Positions 40,216 to 53,419 of a stretch of DNA of 54,157 nt are shown in pieces. Position 1 is the first letter of the stretch, and the number at the start of each line of letters is the position of its first letter. The notes beneath the pieces were generated by a model. It was not told the origin of the DNA. It saw only the letters and a list, made by a program, of their open reading frames with translations, and made no database searches. Position numbers and translations under genes: made by a program. This DNA is from Paramecium tetraurelia (Eukaryota): positions 124,001-178,157 of the forward strand of contig CT868062.1 in the NCBI GenBank assembly GCA_000165425.1. Reading direction: 5' to 3'.

Positions 40216-41459
40216 ATGGACCCAAAATAAAGAAAAGATCGTTCAACATCAAGGGATAAAAAGAAAACAAATAAAAAATAAACACAGTATAGTTATGGAT
40301 AACTAAAGTATGTATTCGTATAGATTATAAGATTTGGTGAAGTACAAAGTAAGTCAAAAAAAATATCATTAAAAACATTCTTTGGAAACCCTGAATTTGA
40401 AATCTTTTGTTTGAGATTTGATTTCGAGGATCAACTCATAGCAGCTGGTTGTTCGGATGGAACAGTTAAAGTTTTTAACATCGTGTCTGGTAAAGTGAAA
40501 GCAGCAATATTAAAGGGAAACTGGCATTTAATTTATAAGGATCATCAGAAGGAGGCTAGTCCTACAACTGCAATTAGCGTGGAGAAGAGATGTAGCCAAT
40601 AAAGCCAAAAGTGTGTTTTTATCAGCGAATTCTGATGGCTCCCTTATGATGTGGCAAGCACAAACAGGAAAGCAATTATTTAGGACAGTAGAATAGGGCA
40701 ACCAATTATTGGCCTTAGATATAAGATCAGACGGAGATCAATTTGCTACTGCAGGCAAAGATTTTAAAGTTATTGATTTAGAATGATTATAATAGATACG
40801 TGTTTACGACGATGAAAAGAAGGAAGTAATCCACACTTTTGATAAGGCTGATTAGTATAATCATTATTCATACAAGCAATCAACCAGGCCATTAGAACAG
40901 AATCTTTGCACTTAAGTATTTGGAAGAAACACCCAATATTCTACTCTCTGGTGGATGGGATGGCAATCTCCTGATCTGGGATCTTAGAGATCACAAATCT
41001 GTAGGAACTATCTACGGTCCTAATCTTTCTGGAGATAGTTTAGATTTTAGGTATCCACGTATACATTATAATTTAGAAATGGTTAAATACTGACTGGCTC
41101 TTATAGAACAAACAATTAGGTATAATTATGGGACTTTGGCACCAGATCACTGATTTAGGAGATATAGTGGGATAAAAATAATAACAACAGTGATTTTTAT
41201 GTCTATTCGTGTTAATTCAGTAAAATCAATGGAGACACTATATTGGCTGGCAGCAGTGGCAAATAGGAACTGAAATTGTTTGATATTAATAACTAATATT
41301 AAACTTGTGGTTACATACAAGATTTGTAGGAAGGTAAAAAGAATCCAGAAATCTTTATTAGGTGTTTATTGTGTTGACTATGGAAATAAAAGTAATAAAT
41401 TTGCATTCGGTGGTGGAGAAGGTGTAGTCTACATATGTTCATTGACTAATTCAAAGTGA
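40216..41459 (+). CDS. WD40-repeat protein
   Basis: LIAAGCSDGTVKVFN, FATAGKDFK, GHQNRIFALKY..LLSGGWDGNLLIWD, ILTGSYR..VQLWD; many short introns; TGA 41457-41459. Confidence 0.9.
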
Positions 41460-41485
41460 TGAAGTATTAATAATATATTTAAATA

Positions 41486-42948
41486 ATGAACCCTTAATAA
41501 TTAATTGAAAATTTAAACGATATCTTACTGAGCGATTTCTTCAGATATATAGAAGTTTTGGGAAAGGGAAGTTTTGGAATTGTGGTTGCAGCTCATAGTT
41601 AAGAACTAGATAAAGTTGTTGCTATTAAAGTATTAACTAGTAAAAAACTAGATAGCACAATATTTCGAAAAGGAAAATGAATCATCTCTCTTGTAAGAAT
41701 GTACTCATCCAAACATTGTTAAATTGTACAAGGTGAGAGTTATTACTTAAGCACTATTAGGTTTTATTTGCTAATAATTTCATATATCTAATTATGGAAA
41801 AACTGAATGGAACCACTCTAGATGTAATCTTGAAAGAACAGAAACTTGATGAAATTCAAATAAGGAACATTATGCTCTAAGTATTAAATGCCTTAGCTTT
41901 TTTACATCGCAAAGGAATCATACATAGAGATTTAAAGCCTGGTATTTTTAAATACTAAATAAGAAAATATATTTATCTCAAATGGCAATCATGTAAAATT
42001 GATTGACCTAGGCCTAGGATATCAAATTGTGTGCAGAGGCATCATAGGCTAACAAGTTGGAACTCCATATTATATTGCTCCTGAACTAATTAATGGCTAT
42101 GAATAAACGCAAGTAGTTTATTAAAATTAACAAAGGCTCTTGACATCTTTTCTCTTGGAATAATATTCTATAAGATGTTATGCAACAATTAGCATCCCAT
42201 TTGGACTGAAGGATAAACTAAAAAGGAATATTACAAAGTCCTCTCTAGTGATTTTCAAATCAACTATCCATCACATCTCTCAGAGTATACAGAATTAATA
42301 ATATTTAAAGGATGGCAAAGGATTTCATCAAAAACACTATTACTCACAGTCCAATTGATAGAATGACAGCTGAATAATGCTTGGAACATCCATGGTTGTT
42401 AGGTGAAGAAAGAAAATCTCATCCAATTACAAATAAAGAAATTATTTAAAGATATAGGTTTATCTAAAAGTTTTAGCTAGTATATAAATTTAATTATGTT
42501 CTTAGATAGTAAAGGCATTGTAGATGACTAAGATATTCAAATAACAATGTTTAGAAGGATGTTCTTATCTGAAATCTCAGAACTCTGATGAAATCTATGA
42601 GATACTACTTAATGAAGATGCTCCAAAAACATAAAGAGTTCACACAGAAACACACATTATTGTTCGTCCTTAAAAGTCTTACTACAAACCTAAGAGTTTG
42701 AAGACGATTCAACTGACAAAAGAGACATCCTCATAAGATCTGGTGCCTATCAAAAATAAAATGCTGAATTCTAATCGATGCTATAGTAAATATTGATATA
42801 AATTACTTTAGATTTAACATCTAGATATAAATCCTCTTTCGATATATAATTGCCAAAAGTCAATAGTTAAAAGAAAATTCATTTCTAATTACCTTCAATC
42901 TCTCCTTAACAAACTAGATAGTCTAGCTTTATTTTTAGATTGTAATGA
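41486..42948 (+). CDS. Ser/Thr protein kinase, CAMK-like (DLG in place of DFG)
   Basis: LGKGSFGIV, VAIK, HPNIVKLY, IIHRDLKP|EN, KLIDLGLG, VGTPYYIAPE, RMTAEQCLEHPW. Confidence 0.9.
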
Positions 42949-42981
42949 TTTCTTTTTGCATAAATATATTTATATTTAAAT

Positions 42982-44318
42982 ATGAATAACTAATTTTATA
43001 ATTAAGACTCGTTAGCATTTGGTTCACCTTAGCCAATATCTTAGCTTAAGCAATCAAAAACAATAAAATTTGAAAATGTTTATATATCCATCGATTATTA
43101 CAAAAGGTACTGTTATTTATACAATATTTTACTTTACGACAAAAATAATATATTCGAATGTCTAATTCAAGGAAGCTTCAAAAAAAGTTTAGCAATAGAA
43201 AATAGAATCTGTCTAAAAAGTTCGTCCTTCAAGTGCTTAGTAGCAAGAGAAGTTCAAACCTTCGTGGAATGATAAGGTTGAATCTAATCCAAAACAATTT
43301 GATAATTTGAAGAAGAATGAAATATTCAAAATTGAAAATAAATTGCAAAAAGAAAAATTGAAAGAGAAAAGGAGAATAAAAAAGATAATTAGAAAATCCA
43401 CCTCCTGCTGCAGTTAAATCATATACAACTATAAAAGATATTGAATAAGTGATTGACAATTGTAATTTTTATTATCTTAATTAGAGTAATATAAGAAGGA
43501 TGTTTCTGAAATGAAGAAATAGAAGAGAGAATTAGAATAGTTATAATGGATGATAGACAAAGAGAAGAAATTGAAAGATGAGTAAAATAAACAATTTGAA
43601 GAATAATTAAAACAGTTAAAAACCTAAAAACATCCTGATTTGGCCCAAGATATAATGAATGCTAAAAAAAGGGTATGGAAAATAAAGAATCGCCATGTAA
43701 AACAAAAGAATAAAAAAAAGGGATAAATAAAAGTCAACTGAAAAAATGTAGATGATATCTATGTTGAACCACAATAAATAATTATCCTGTTTGGAAAGAT
43801 GGAATTCACTTAATTCATTATAAAGCCAAAACACCATTTTTACCTGGAGAATATAATTAAAATGATTTGGACTTAATACCTCAAAGCAACCTTAATAATA
43901 AGTAAGGATTGATGATAATAAATTCAAAAATGAATTAATTGAAATTAAAAAAAGAGAATTGCAAAGACAACATCACTTGGATACATTAATAGATAAACAT
44001 TAGTAGTTGTTAAAATCTGAAGCTCAAAATCCAAATAAATATTACAAAGAAATCAATTAGAAATTGGATAAGATCAAAGGAAAAGTAGATCCACTATTTA
44101 AGAAAATTGATAGTGTCCAAATTGAATATCCTTTTACCGGACATCTGTTAGCAAGAGGAGTCTCTAAAACGATATAAATGCTTGATCAAGTCTATGAAAT
44201 TTCTTTTCAATATATAGAGTTTGACTTTGTAACAATCGAATTTTACTATTTAGTATATTATTAATAAAATCAAAGAGCATTAATAAGTAAATTCTATATT
44301 TAGAGATTACTTTATTGA
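42982..44318 (+). pseudogene. Coiled-coil hypothetical gene, probably frame-disrupted
   Basis: Good coding segments (KFKPSWNDKVESNPK; IEYPFTGHLLARG) fall in different frames, with shifts in about 43700-43910 not explained by introns. Ends approximate. Confidence 0.45.
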
Positions 44319-44888
44319 ACAGAAATTGAAACTTTACTGTATTATTATTTTATTAAGTAATTATTAATTTTATTGAGTAAACTTAATTGATTATTATGTT
44401 GAAGTCAGTCATGCCTTAATTAAAATAGTTTCGTGAAAAATCATATATATTTAATGATAATTTAGAAATAGAAATAAAATTAAATAATTTAATTTTAAAG
44501 TGCTATTATTAGAGGTTGCTATATTTCTTATTAATTAAAGTTACAGAATGAATTAGATCTAAATAAACAGTTTAGATCATTATTGTTTGAAAAAAATTAT
44601 TTACTAAGAATAGAGTTTCTCCTTCTTTTAAATCCTTTTCTAATTCAGAGTTGTAATACAGATGTTAGAACATTCAGATACATTGGATATGAAGGTGAAA
44701 TAAAAAATATATTTTGTTTAATGATTTTTAATTTAACAAAAAAAATTAATTAAATGTAAGGATCTGAAAGTGTTTGCTATTGAAGCATATAAGGTTATAC
44801 AATTTGTTTTCTAGAAATATAATTAATTTTAATTTGTCATGAGTTTATTAATGAAATTAAGGAAGAATATAAATTAAGAGGAACAAAA

Positions 44889-45898
44889 ATGTAGTCCTGT
44901 TACAAAAACGATATGCAAACTCAGTAACATATATATTGATATACATATCAGAATAAAGAGATACTCAACATTAAATATCAAATAAAGTTGTTCTTCCTAT
45001 TCTTACGGTCCCAAGGCCCCTTTCTACGTTTATTAAATCAGCAGTTGAATTAAAATTATCATTGTCATGTCCGCAGGAGCGTTGTTTAGGCGGTTTAAGA
45101 GAAAATCCATGCACATACAATTATAAAGTTTGTAGAGTTGATCAATATGCTGACTTGTTCTTTTTTAGCTTAGAACAATATGATAGAGATTAATTCTCAA
45201 AGTAATAGGTATGTTAGCTTATAAAAAACATGAATGATCAATATAGTGAGTAAGCATTAGAATGTGTCGAAAATAGATTTAAGATTCTTGACAATTTTAA
45301 AGATTAAACATTACTATCAGAAAATGAATTACTTGAATTAGAAAAAATTGTATCTCAATATCCTTTCTAATGCACAATCTAAAATGTTAATCAACTCAAT
45401 AGTGTCTTATCATAAAGAATTCTAAATTAAAAATTTCTGGATGTAATGGGTATAACAAAAGATATGATGTTTGACCATTTAAAGGAAACACAAGCTTTAC
45501 CAACTATTTTCAATTTGGATGGAACCTTAAAAAATTGGTGCGAACTTGCTAAATATTCTGTGGAAGGTAGAGAATACTTTGATTTTTATTTAAATACCTA
45601 TGAAGGGGCCTAATACAAATGTAAAGTTGAATAGAAATAGATCTTTAAATAATCATCTCTAGACCCGAATTAAATTATATTTATAGAGTTCCGAATTATT
45701 CATATTGATCCTTCCTCAATGAAAAGTTTGTACAGATAAGAAAGAATTCTTAAAAATCATGCTGAATACTTTAATCTTAAGAATAGTGATTTAGTCTTAA
45801 ATTAATTTAAAACTCAAACAAACTATTTGGATGCCAAAAATTACAAAATAACACGACCTTGCGGACATAAAAAAATTGATAAAATTATTCCATCTTGA
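44889..45898 (+). CDS. Hypothetical protein (5' structure uncertain)
   Basis: Long open frame from about 45248 (EQALECVENRF...ILNQKFLDVMGITKDMM...YLNTYEGAQYKCKV) to TGA 45896-45898. Confidence 0.6.
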
Positions 45899-45970
45899 TT
45901 TGTATCTAACTATTTTATGATTTTCTTAATACATATATAAATCAAATAATTTTATCAATAAATTTTTACA

Positions 45971-46847
45971 ATGTAACATACCAATAATAAAGCAAAAAAG
46001 TCCTACTCTTTTTCTAAAGCAAAACGGTTTTCGTAAACAAATACAAAGTAGGCTCATTTATTAATTAGACTAGTTACATCACTGCTAATTACAATATTAA
46101 TAGAAACCTAAATAATAGGGGTCATTCTATTGGGAAAGGTCCTAGATCTGATTTTACTAAATCCTTCAGCAATGCTCCTCCTCCAACATAATATATCATC
46201 TCAGGTCTCTTTAATCTGCCTAAAGAGAAAGGAATTACATTTGGCATTTCAAGAGATGTTTAACATATAAATTAATATTCATAATAGAAGACCAAAGAAT
46301 TAGGGTATATTACTTAAGGAATTCAGAGAAATCCTGGAGTAGGCAATTATAATTGTTCTTATTGCTATGATCCAAAAATATAATACACTATGAGACCAAA
46401 AACATAATCTAATTGGTTACCTAGTAATATATTGATACAGAATTAGATTTCTTATAGGAGTAAAACTTGGAATGCATTCCTGGGCCAGGGAAATATGATT
46501 CTACTGATATTGATTAAATGGGTTAGACTATTTATGCTAGATATAGAAGTTCCAGATGTTCCAAAATAGGCAAAGAGGAACGATTTTAAAAAATAAGTAG
46601 TTAAGAAAATAATTTAGGACATAGTAGTCCAGGTCCAAATACATATAAATAAACAGATGGTCTAAACGATTCTGGGTTGTATTTTGAATCAAAACATCGT
46701 GGTCAAGGAAAGAGAATTATTTGTAAGGAACCAAGACGAAGCTTTATAGATCAGATCTATTAAAGGAAACCTTATGATTAGAAATTCTTAAACCACTCAA
46801 ACAGAGCTTTAGATTCTCAAATTAAGCTATATGAATCAGAATATTGA
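45971..46847 (+). CDS. SHIPPO-repeat (ODF3/STPG-like, PGP-repeat) ciliary protein
   Basis: YSFSKAKRF, APPPTQY, NPGVGNY, IPGPGKY, SPGPNTY repeats; several short introns. Confidence 0.82.
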
Positions 46848-46899
46848 TTTCAGTTAGTTATAGTTTTACAAATTAATTCAATATAAATATCATTTGATT

Positions 46900-49101
46900 T
46901 CATTGATGAGAATCTGGGCTTGGCTTTTGTTGATGAACCTAGTAATTATAATAAATTTTTGAAAAGTCCTCGTAAACTCGTCTAAAAAATAATAAGATAT
47001 CCTTAGATTCAAACGGCAAGTTAATATAGTCTAAGCCCTTTATTATTGCTTAAATAAACTTGTGAAACTAATTTAATTGAAATTTAGCCTTGCAATATGG
47101 ACAAACAAATGATTGCTCGGTAATGTGTTTGAGTTTGCAGGACTTCTCTTTTGGTGATGAAATTAATCTCTTCGAACATCTAACAAAACCATTCATATCC
47201 AAAAAGTAATCAGTCTAACACAATTCATGTTTCACCTAATATGGAGCATAGCTATCACACTTTCCGCATTAACTGATTATTTTTAATGGAATTCTTTTCA
47301 ATTTAGCCCATGGTTCAAGTTCTTAATTGTTATTAGAAGTTGTTACAATGACACCTTTCGGAGTGTTTTATCTAATTTATTTGCTATTATTTGTTTCTTA
47401 ATGAGGTGAATTAATAACAGTTGTTGATTTTCTTTATTGTTTTTGTTTTAATGCATAATCACTTAATTAAGAAGCTCTCTTCTTTTAATCTTTATTATAA
47501 ATAAGTTTATCAAGAGCCATAGTCAATTATTTTTCAATCAAGTCTGTGTCATCTGTTTTAATCATAATATTCTTAGCATTCAATATTGCAATATCGATAT
47601 TTTAGATTAATTAGTCAATTCTTTTCTTCTATTCATTATGTTTATCTTCAGTCAATTAAGAAATCTCATCTGCTTCCTTAGTTATGAAAGCTCCTAAATT
47701 GCATAAGTAGAGCTATTGCATTTTTTAAAACGACACCTGATATTCTTATATCATTTAAGTGACTTAATCAGTGGATTAATTCAATTTGAGGCCCTTAAGA
47801 TCTAAAAATTTATTGGAATTCTTTTGAAGTTCTTGTAAATCTTGAGAACACCTTTATCCATAATTTTAAATGAAAACTGAGAGCTTTTACTCCTGCCTCT
47901 TTGAAGCATTCAATATTAGAGTTATACATTCAAGTCTGGAAAAATATTAATTAATTTATTCAGCTATCTTTTATGATATCTTTTTCATTGACAATTAATA
48001 AAAAGGTTCAAAAATTTGTAGAGCATGTTATAAATTTTATTTTTATTTCGTTATAAATTACAATTAATATTTAGTAAATGTTTATTCGAAGTTTTAAGAC
48101 ATTTCTTTTATATTTTTTATACTTGTTTCAGCTTTATGAATGTGAAAACAATAAAAATCTTGGTCAAATATCTCCATTTTAGCTAATCCAAAAGCTTCCA
48201 ATAATATGGTCAAAGATGACAATTAAATCTCTTCTTAAATCAAGAAATCGTCCATTTATTCAATTACAGGTTAAATTATGTATTTGTCATAATTCTAGGT
48301 AAAACATTGTTGTAAATTATATGCAATATCTAAAAATTCTGATTTGAACAATATATCCTATTGATTTTCTCGTAACTATAATAATTATTATGCTAATCTA
48401 TATCCTAATTATTCAATTACCTTTACTTCGCTTAACTTTGATAATTCCTGCAAGTTTTTATAAAGATTTTTATCATTTCCTGTTTTCAGATAATTTATTA
48501 AATAATTCGAATAATTTACTATAACTTATTCACTTTGTCTAAATAATCTCTCTCTTAATTACGAAATTTAATCTTAAAGCCAAACCTAGTGAAAGTTTAA
48601 AATTTTATCATCAAATTTACCCAAAACGGTAATTATTTTTATTAAATTTTGCTCACTCTTTGCTATAATATAAAATTCGCCTAATTCTCCTGATTCTTGT
48701 TCAAGACAATTTATATTAACCAAAAATTCTTATTCCCATTTTTCAAAATCTACATCCGCAGACTTTATTTCATTTTGTACATTCGAGATAAATTCACGCA
48801 TTTTTCCTAATTGTTCTATTATTATAGAATCCTCTATGGTTTTCTAAGAGTGATATGTCTTTAACAAATGAAAATGCCTATCAAAAAAATTCCTGCAAGC
48901 AATTAAATAATCCTCCTCACTAAAATCAGAAGTTGTGATAAATTTGTTCATCTCTTCTTTTATGATGATTAACTCATCAAGCTATTTATTAAATTATTCC
49001 AACAAAACTTATGGATAACTTATGTCGAACTCTGTAAAAGTTTAATATCTGATAAGGTGTAGTTATTAACTATAATTATTATTTGTTGCACAGCAACCCA
49101 T
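46900..49101 (-). CDS. Putatively N-acylated protein (733 aa) with C-terminal Cys/His domain
   Basis: Starts MGCCAT; 734 codons with both ends in the same frame; C-terminal CGKCDSYAPYQVKHELCQTDYFLDMNGFVRC...CKLKHITEQSFVCPYC. Confidence 0.75.
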
Positions 49102-49679
49102 TTATATTTAATTTTATATAATTCAAAAGCATTTATTGCTGTTTTCAATGTATTTTATGGTTGTATTTTCAAAATCATCTATTAATTTATTTGCTTTCTA
49201 GTTCCTAAATGACTCCATTTTAGAATTCGCAAATAGAGATTTATTTTTAATGACTTAAATGATGACATTTCTTCAAACAAAATTAATATTAGAAAAACCT
49301 TTTGGAATAGTATTTTGATATTAATCTAATTAAAAGAATTTTATCATTAAATAATTAGAATAAATTACTATTCTAAAGATTGAAAATTATTTGTTCTTAA
49401 GATTTGATAGAATTTAAACAACTCTTTCAAATTATTTCTGTTTACTTAAATTGAAAAGTTATGTAGATATCTCTAAAAATATTTAGCTTTCAAAGCATCA
49501 ATTAAAATCTATAATTACAATAAAATTTTGGATGATTTAGAAAAATTAATTATTTTTTTTTTATTATAGTTTTATAAAGCTCGTCTGTACATTAATTTAT
49601 AGTTGTTATCAAGATAATATAATTGAAATATAACACAAAATAAATAGAAGTTATCCATTTAGGGATAAAATTGACATAC

Positions 49680-50800
49680 ATTATCTGGATGTTGAATCGC
49701 TCATAAAAAGGTATTGAAATTTTTAGTGATAAATCTTGTTGCCTGAATGGATGTTTGACAATAATTGTTTTGTATTTTGATTCTGTAATTCTTAAAGAAT
49801 CAAGCTGTCGCTACATTAAGTTACCTCAGTTAACAAATTTTTCTGGTTTTATAAAATAAAACCCAACTTAAAAAGTAATAGAAATTCAATATTATTTTTT
49901 TAATGAAAAAATAGGGCGTAAAATAAAAAAAAGAAGATTTATTGGTTTCTTTTAAAGATATTAATGAATCATTCCTCCATATAGCTTAATTGAAATATAG
50001 ATAAGTGAGAAGATCTAAAACTGTCGATAATTCTCTTATTAGATTAAATTCAAGACGAAACCGAAAAAGAAATGATCTAGGTAGAAAGTTAACGACAGAT
50101 CGAATAGGAATAGATGTTAATTGTTGGAAAAATAGATATTCTCTAATATTTTTAAGTTAATGATTTTAATTAATAAAATTCCTTTGTAGAAGAATTCAAA
50201 AATTGAAAGAAGACCTGATCATAAAAATATCAAATGATAAGAAAGATCATAAAATTATTAAAATTTTAGTTCAACTTAAAGTATTAGATGAGAGATATAT
50301 ATATAGTGTGGATCAATTCTCTTCATTTATTAGTTTAAATGAAAGTTGAATTGAAGAAATAATAATTTGAAAATATAAAAATTAGAAATACTTCGCTGTT
50401 TGGATCAAATATAGTGAGATGTGACTTAAGCGGATCTGAATTTGACATAACATGATTAGTGGATTGAATCTAAAACGAAATATTTAAGAATAAAGAAGTT
50501 AAAGTAATAATCATGGTGGTAGAGTATCATAGGGTTCTTTTTTCAGATGGCAAGTCAGTAGCATCATGCAATGTTGATAATTCAATTCAGTTTTTGGATG
50601 TGAAACAAAAAAATACAGATTGTAATAAAAGAAAAGGGCTAAGCAAAATTAGTTTATTTCTCATCTCATAATCCTATACCAGCTTTTTAATTTCACATTT
50701 TGTATTTATGTAATCTTAAGAAAGAGAAAGAATGTTTAAGATTCTCAACTTACAATTAAAAGTTTATCTTAAATCAAATTCATTCCATTAATATTGGCAT
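49680..50800 (+). pseudogene. Relic of Paramecium pentapeptide-repeat + WD40 family gene
   Basis: Broken frames give LVQLKVLDERYI..CGS..SLHLLVQMKVELKKQQFENIKIRNTSLFGSNIVRCDLSGSEFD and a WD40 remnant FSDGKSVASCNVDNSIQFLDVK. Limits approximate. Confidence 0.7.
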
Positions 50801-51917
50801 TGTCAAATTCAGATACAATCAAGTAAGTCATTTCTCACTAAATTTGTTCCTAATTGAATAAATTTGTGATAATTTGTTTAATATTTTCAAAATCTTCTTC
50901 AGAGTAATTCCATTTTATTAAAGTCATGATCTTTAAATTTTGTTTTGAGAACATCTTTTAATCCCTTAATCTTACTTTTTCCAACATTATCTCTATTTTT
51001 ATTATGAAGAGATCCCATCAAAATTTCTTCTTCAAGTTGCCTTTGATTTTCAAAAATTTGAGGATCTAAAACCTTTGAAGAATATTAATATTTGAAATTT
51101 TTCCAAATTGAAATAGAAAAACCCAGATGACAAGTTAAGGAAATAAAATTTACTAATAGCTATTGAAAAAATTTTAAGCATCATTGAATAGCATCGAATG
51201 GGCTTTAATTTCATCAGATATTTTTAGGAAGTTACTTTATTTTTGGAAAATATTTATTATCAAAACAATTTTTACTTTATTATTTTAGTCTTTCTCTAGT
51301 CTTTTCTTTTCTTTATTAATTTGTTGAAGTTCAGTAAATTTCAAAATGTATATCAAAATTTGGAGTATTTTATTTTGTTTTCATTAACTAAACATTTTTA
51401 TTCGAATCATTAACTTATCTCTCATAATTATTTTAAAATATTTGTGGTAGTGTGTTACTTCGTGGGTCATGATGATTCGCTTTAGGGGCACCAAACCCGA
51501 TGCATCTGCATGAGGTGTCACTATCGCAGTTATTGTAAGGAAAATAACCATCCTTCAGCAAGGATGCTACTTTGTAAATTTTGCACCACATTTAAAATGT
51601 CTAATAACATTTGTTGCACTGAGAGATAATTTGAGATTTAAAGTCAAAGGTAGAAAAACATATCTCGATCAAGGAGGAAAAGAAAGTGATTAACTTACAT
51701 GGTCATTTGTCTTATATGTTGATAATAATTGTGATCATAATATTTCTTTTTATTATAATAACTTCCTCTGCTTTTAAAATAAAATTAATATTGAAATTTT
51801 ATTTTTTATATTTTAAGAATCCATAATTTTTCATTTAAATCATTAGAGAAATTAAATATGGGAACTTTAAAATAACTGATTAATTGAATTTTGGGGCCTA
51901 TTAAATTCCTTTCCACC

Positions 51918-52741
51918 NNNNNNNNNNNNNNNNNNNNNNNNNNNNNNNNNNNNNNNNNNNNNNNNNNNNNNNNNNNNNNNNNNNNNNNNNNNNNNNNNNN
52001 NNNNNNNNNNNNNNNNNNNNNNNNNNNNNNNNNNNNNNNNNNNNNNNNNNNNNNNNNNNNNNNNNNNNNNNNNNNNNNNNNNNNNNNNNNNNNNNNNNNN
52101 NNNNNNNNNNNNNNNNNNNNNNNNNNNNNNNNNNNNNNNNNNNNNNNNNNNNNNNNNNNNNNNNNNNNNNNNNNNNNNNNNNNNNNNNNNNNNNNNNNNN
52201 NNNNNNNNNNNNNNNNNNNNNNNNNNNNNNNNNNNNNNNNNNNNNNNNNNNNNNNNNNNNNNNNNNNNNNNNNNNNNNNNNNNNNNNNNNNNNNNNNNNN
52301 NNNNNNNNNNNNNNNNNNNNNNNNNNNNNNNNNNNNNNNNNNNNNNNNNNNNNNNNNNNNNNNNNNNNNNNNNNNNNNNNNNNNNNNNNNNNNNNNNNNN
52401 NNNNNNNNNNNNNNNNNNNNNNNNNNNNNNNNNNNNNNNNNNNNNNNNNNNNNNNNNNNNNNNNNNNNNNNNNNNNNNNNNNNNNNNNNNNNNNNNNNNN
52501 NNNNNNNNNNNNNNNNNNNNNNNNNNNNNNNNNNNNNNNNNNNNNNNNNNNNNNNNNNNNNNNNNNNNNNNNNNNNNNNNNNNNNNNNNNNNNNNNNNNN
52601 NNNNNNNNNNNNNNNNNNNNNNNNNNNNNNNNNNNNNNNNNNNNNNNNNNNNNNNNNNNNNNNNNNNNNNNNNNNNNNNNNNNNNNNNNNNNNNNNNNNN
52701 NNNNNNNNNNNNNNNNNNNNNNNNNNNNNNNNNNNNNNNNN
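51918..52741. other. Assembly gap (824 N)
   Basis: Run of N. Confidence 1.
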
Positions 52742-53419
52742 AAATGTAAGGTTTTAAGGTTTAATTCTTCAATAGGTATTATAGACTTAACAATATACAA
52801 AACAAGGATCTATATAATAATGGTTAATTTTTGATACGCATTATATCAGAACTATCCTTTCATTTCAATATTTTCCATAGATTTAAGATCTATTAAAATA
52901 TCTTTCACTTCGTTATTTAAGATATTTTTCCCAGAAGCTATTCTCCCTATACCATTTACAAATTTTCTTTAATTGGTGTATGATTCTATATAAATTTCAA
53001 ATTTGCTTGAAATGTAATATCCAACCAAAATTCTGAATTAAAAAATTTTCTTAAATTCCCTAAGATTGTTTGACATTTAATCAGTTGAGTATTATCATTT
53101 AGCTTTCTCTATTCTACATCTAAAATGATGATTTTCTTACCTTTTAAAATTCTAGCAAGTAAACTACATTTCTTTCTCCATCATTTTTCGCTCCTAATAT
53201 ACTTTTGCTGTATCATTTATGTTGATCTATTATGAATTATTGCTAAATCTACATCTTTATAATCAATCCACTTCTATATATTTAAATGATATGCTATTGA
53301 ATTCTAAAGTTAATTTTATATAAAGTCTCATTAAAATTGAAACATCCGTACGTACGAATAAATTGTGTTAACCCTTACGGAAATATTTAATGTGATATGA
53401 GATTGATGTATTTATTCTC

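Noticed and set aside
41995..42020. DLG instead of DFG suggesting a pseudokinase
   Set aside because: The VAIK Lys, HRD Asp and DxG Asp are intact, and DLG occurs in active kinases.
313..49101. Apparent lipidation theme (CaaX protein, Rab, three MG-x-C proteins, DHHC enzyme) as a functional cluster
   Set aside because: Such motifs are common in ciliate proteomes and the genes are scattered; no evidence of linkage.
51891..52800. Two long ORFs (288 and 299 aa) in the ORF track
   Set aside because: Artefacts of translating through the N gap.
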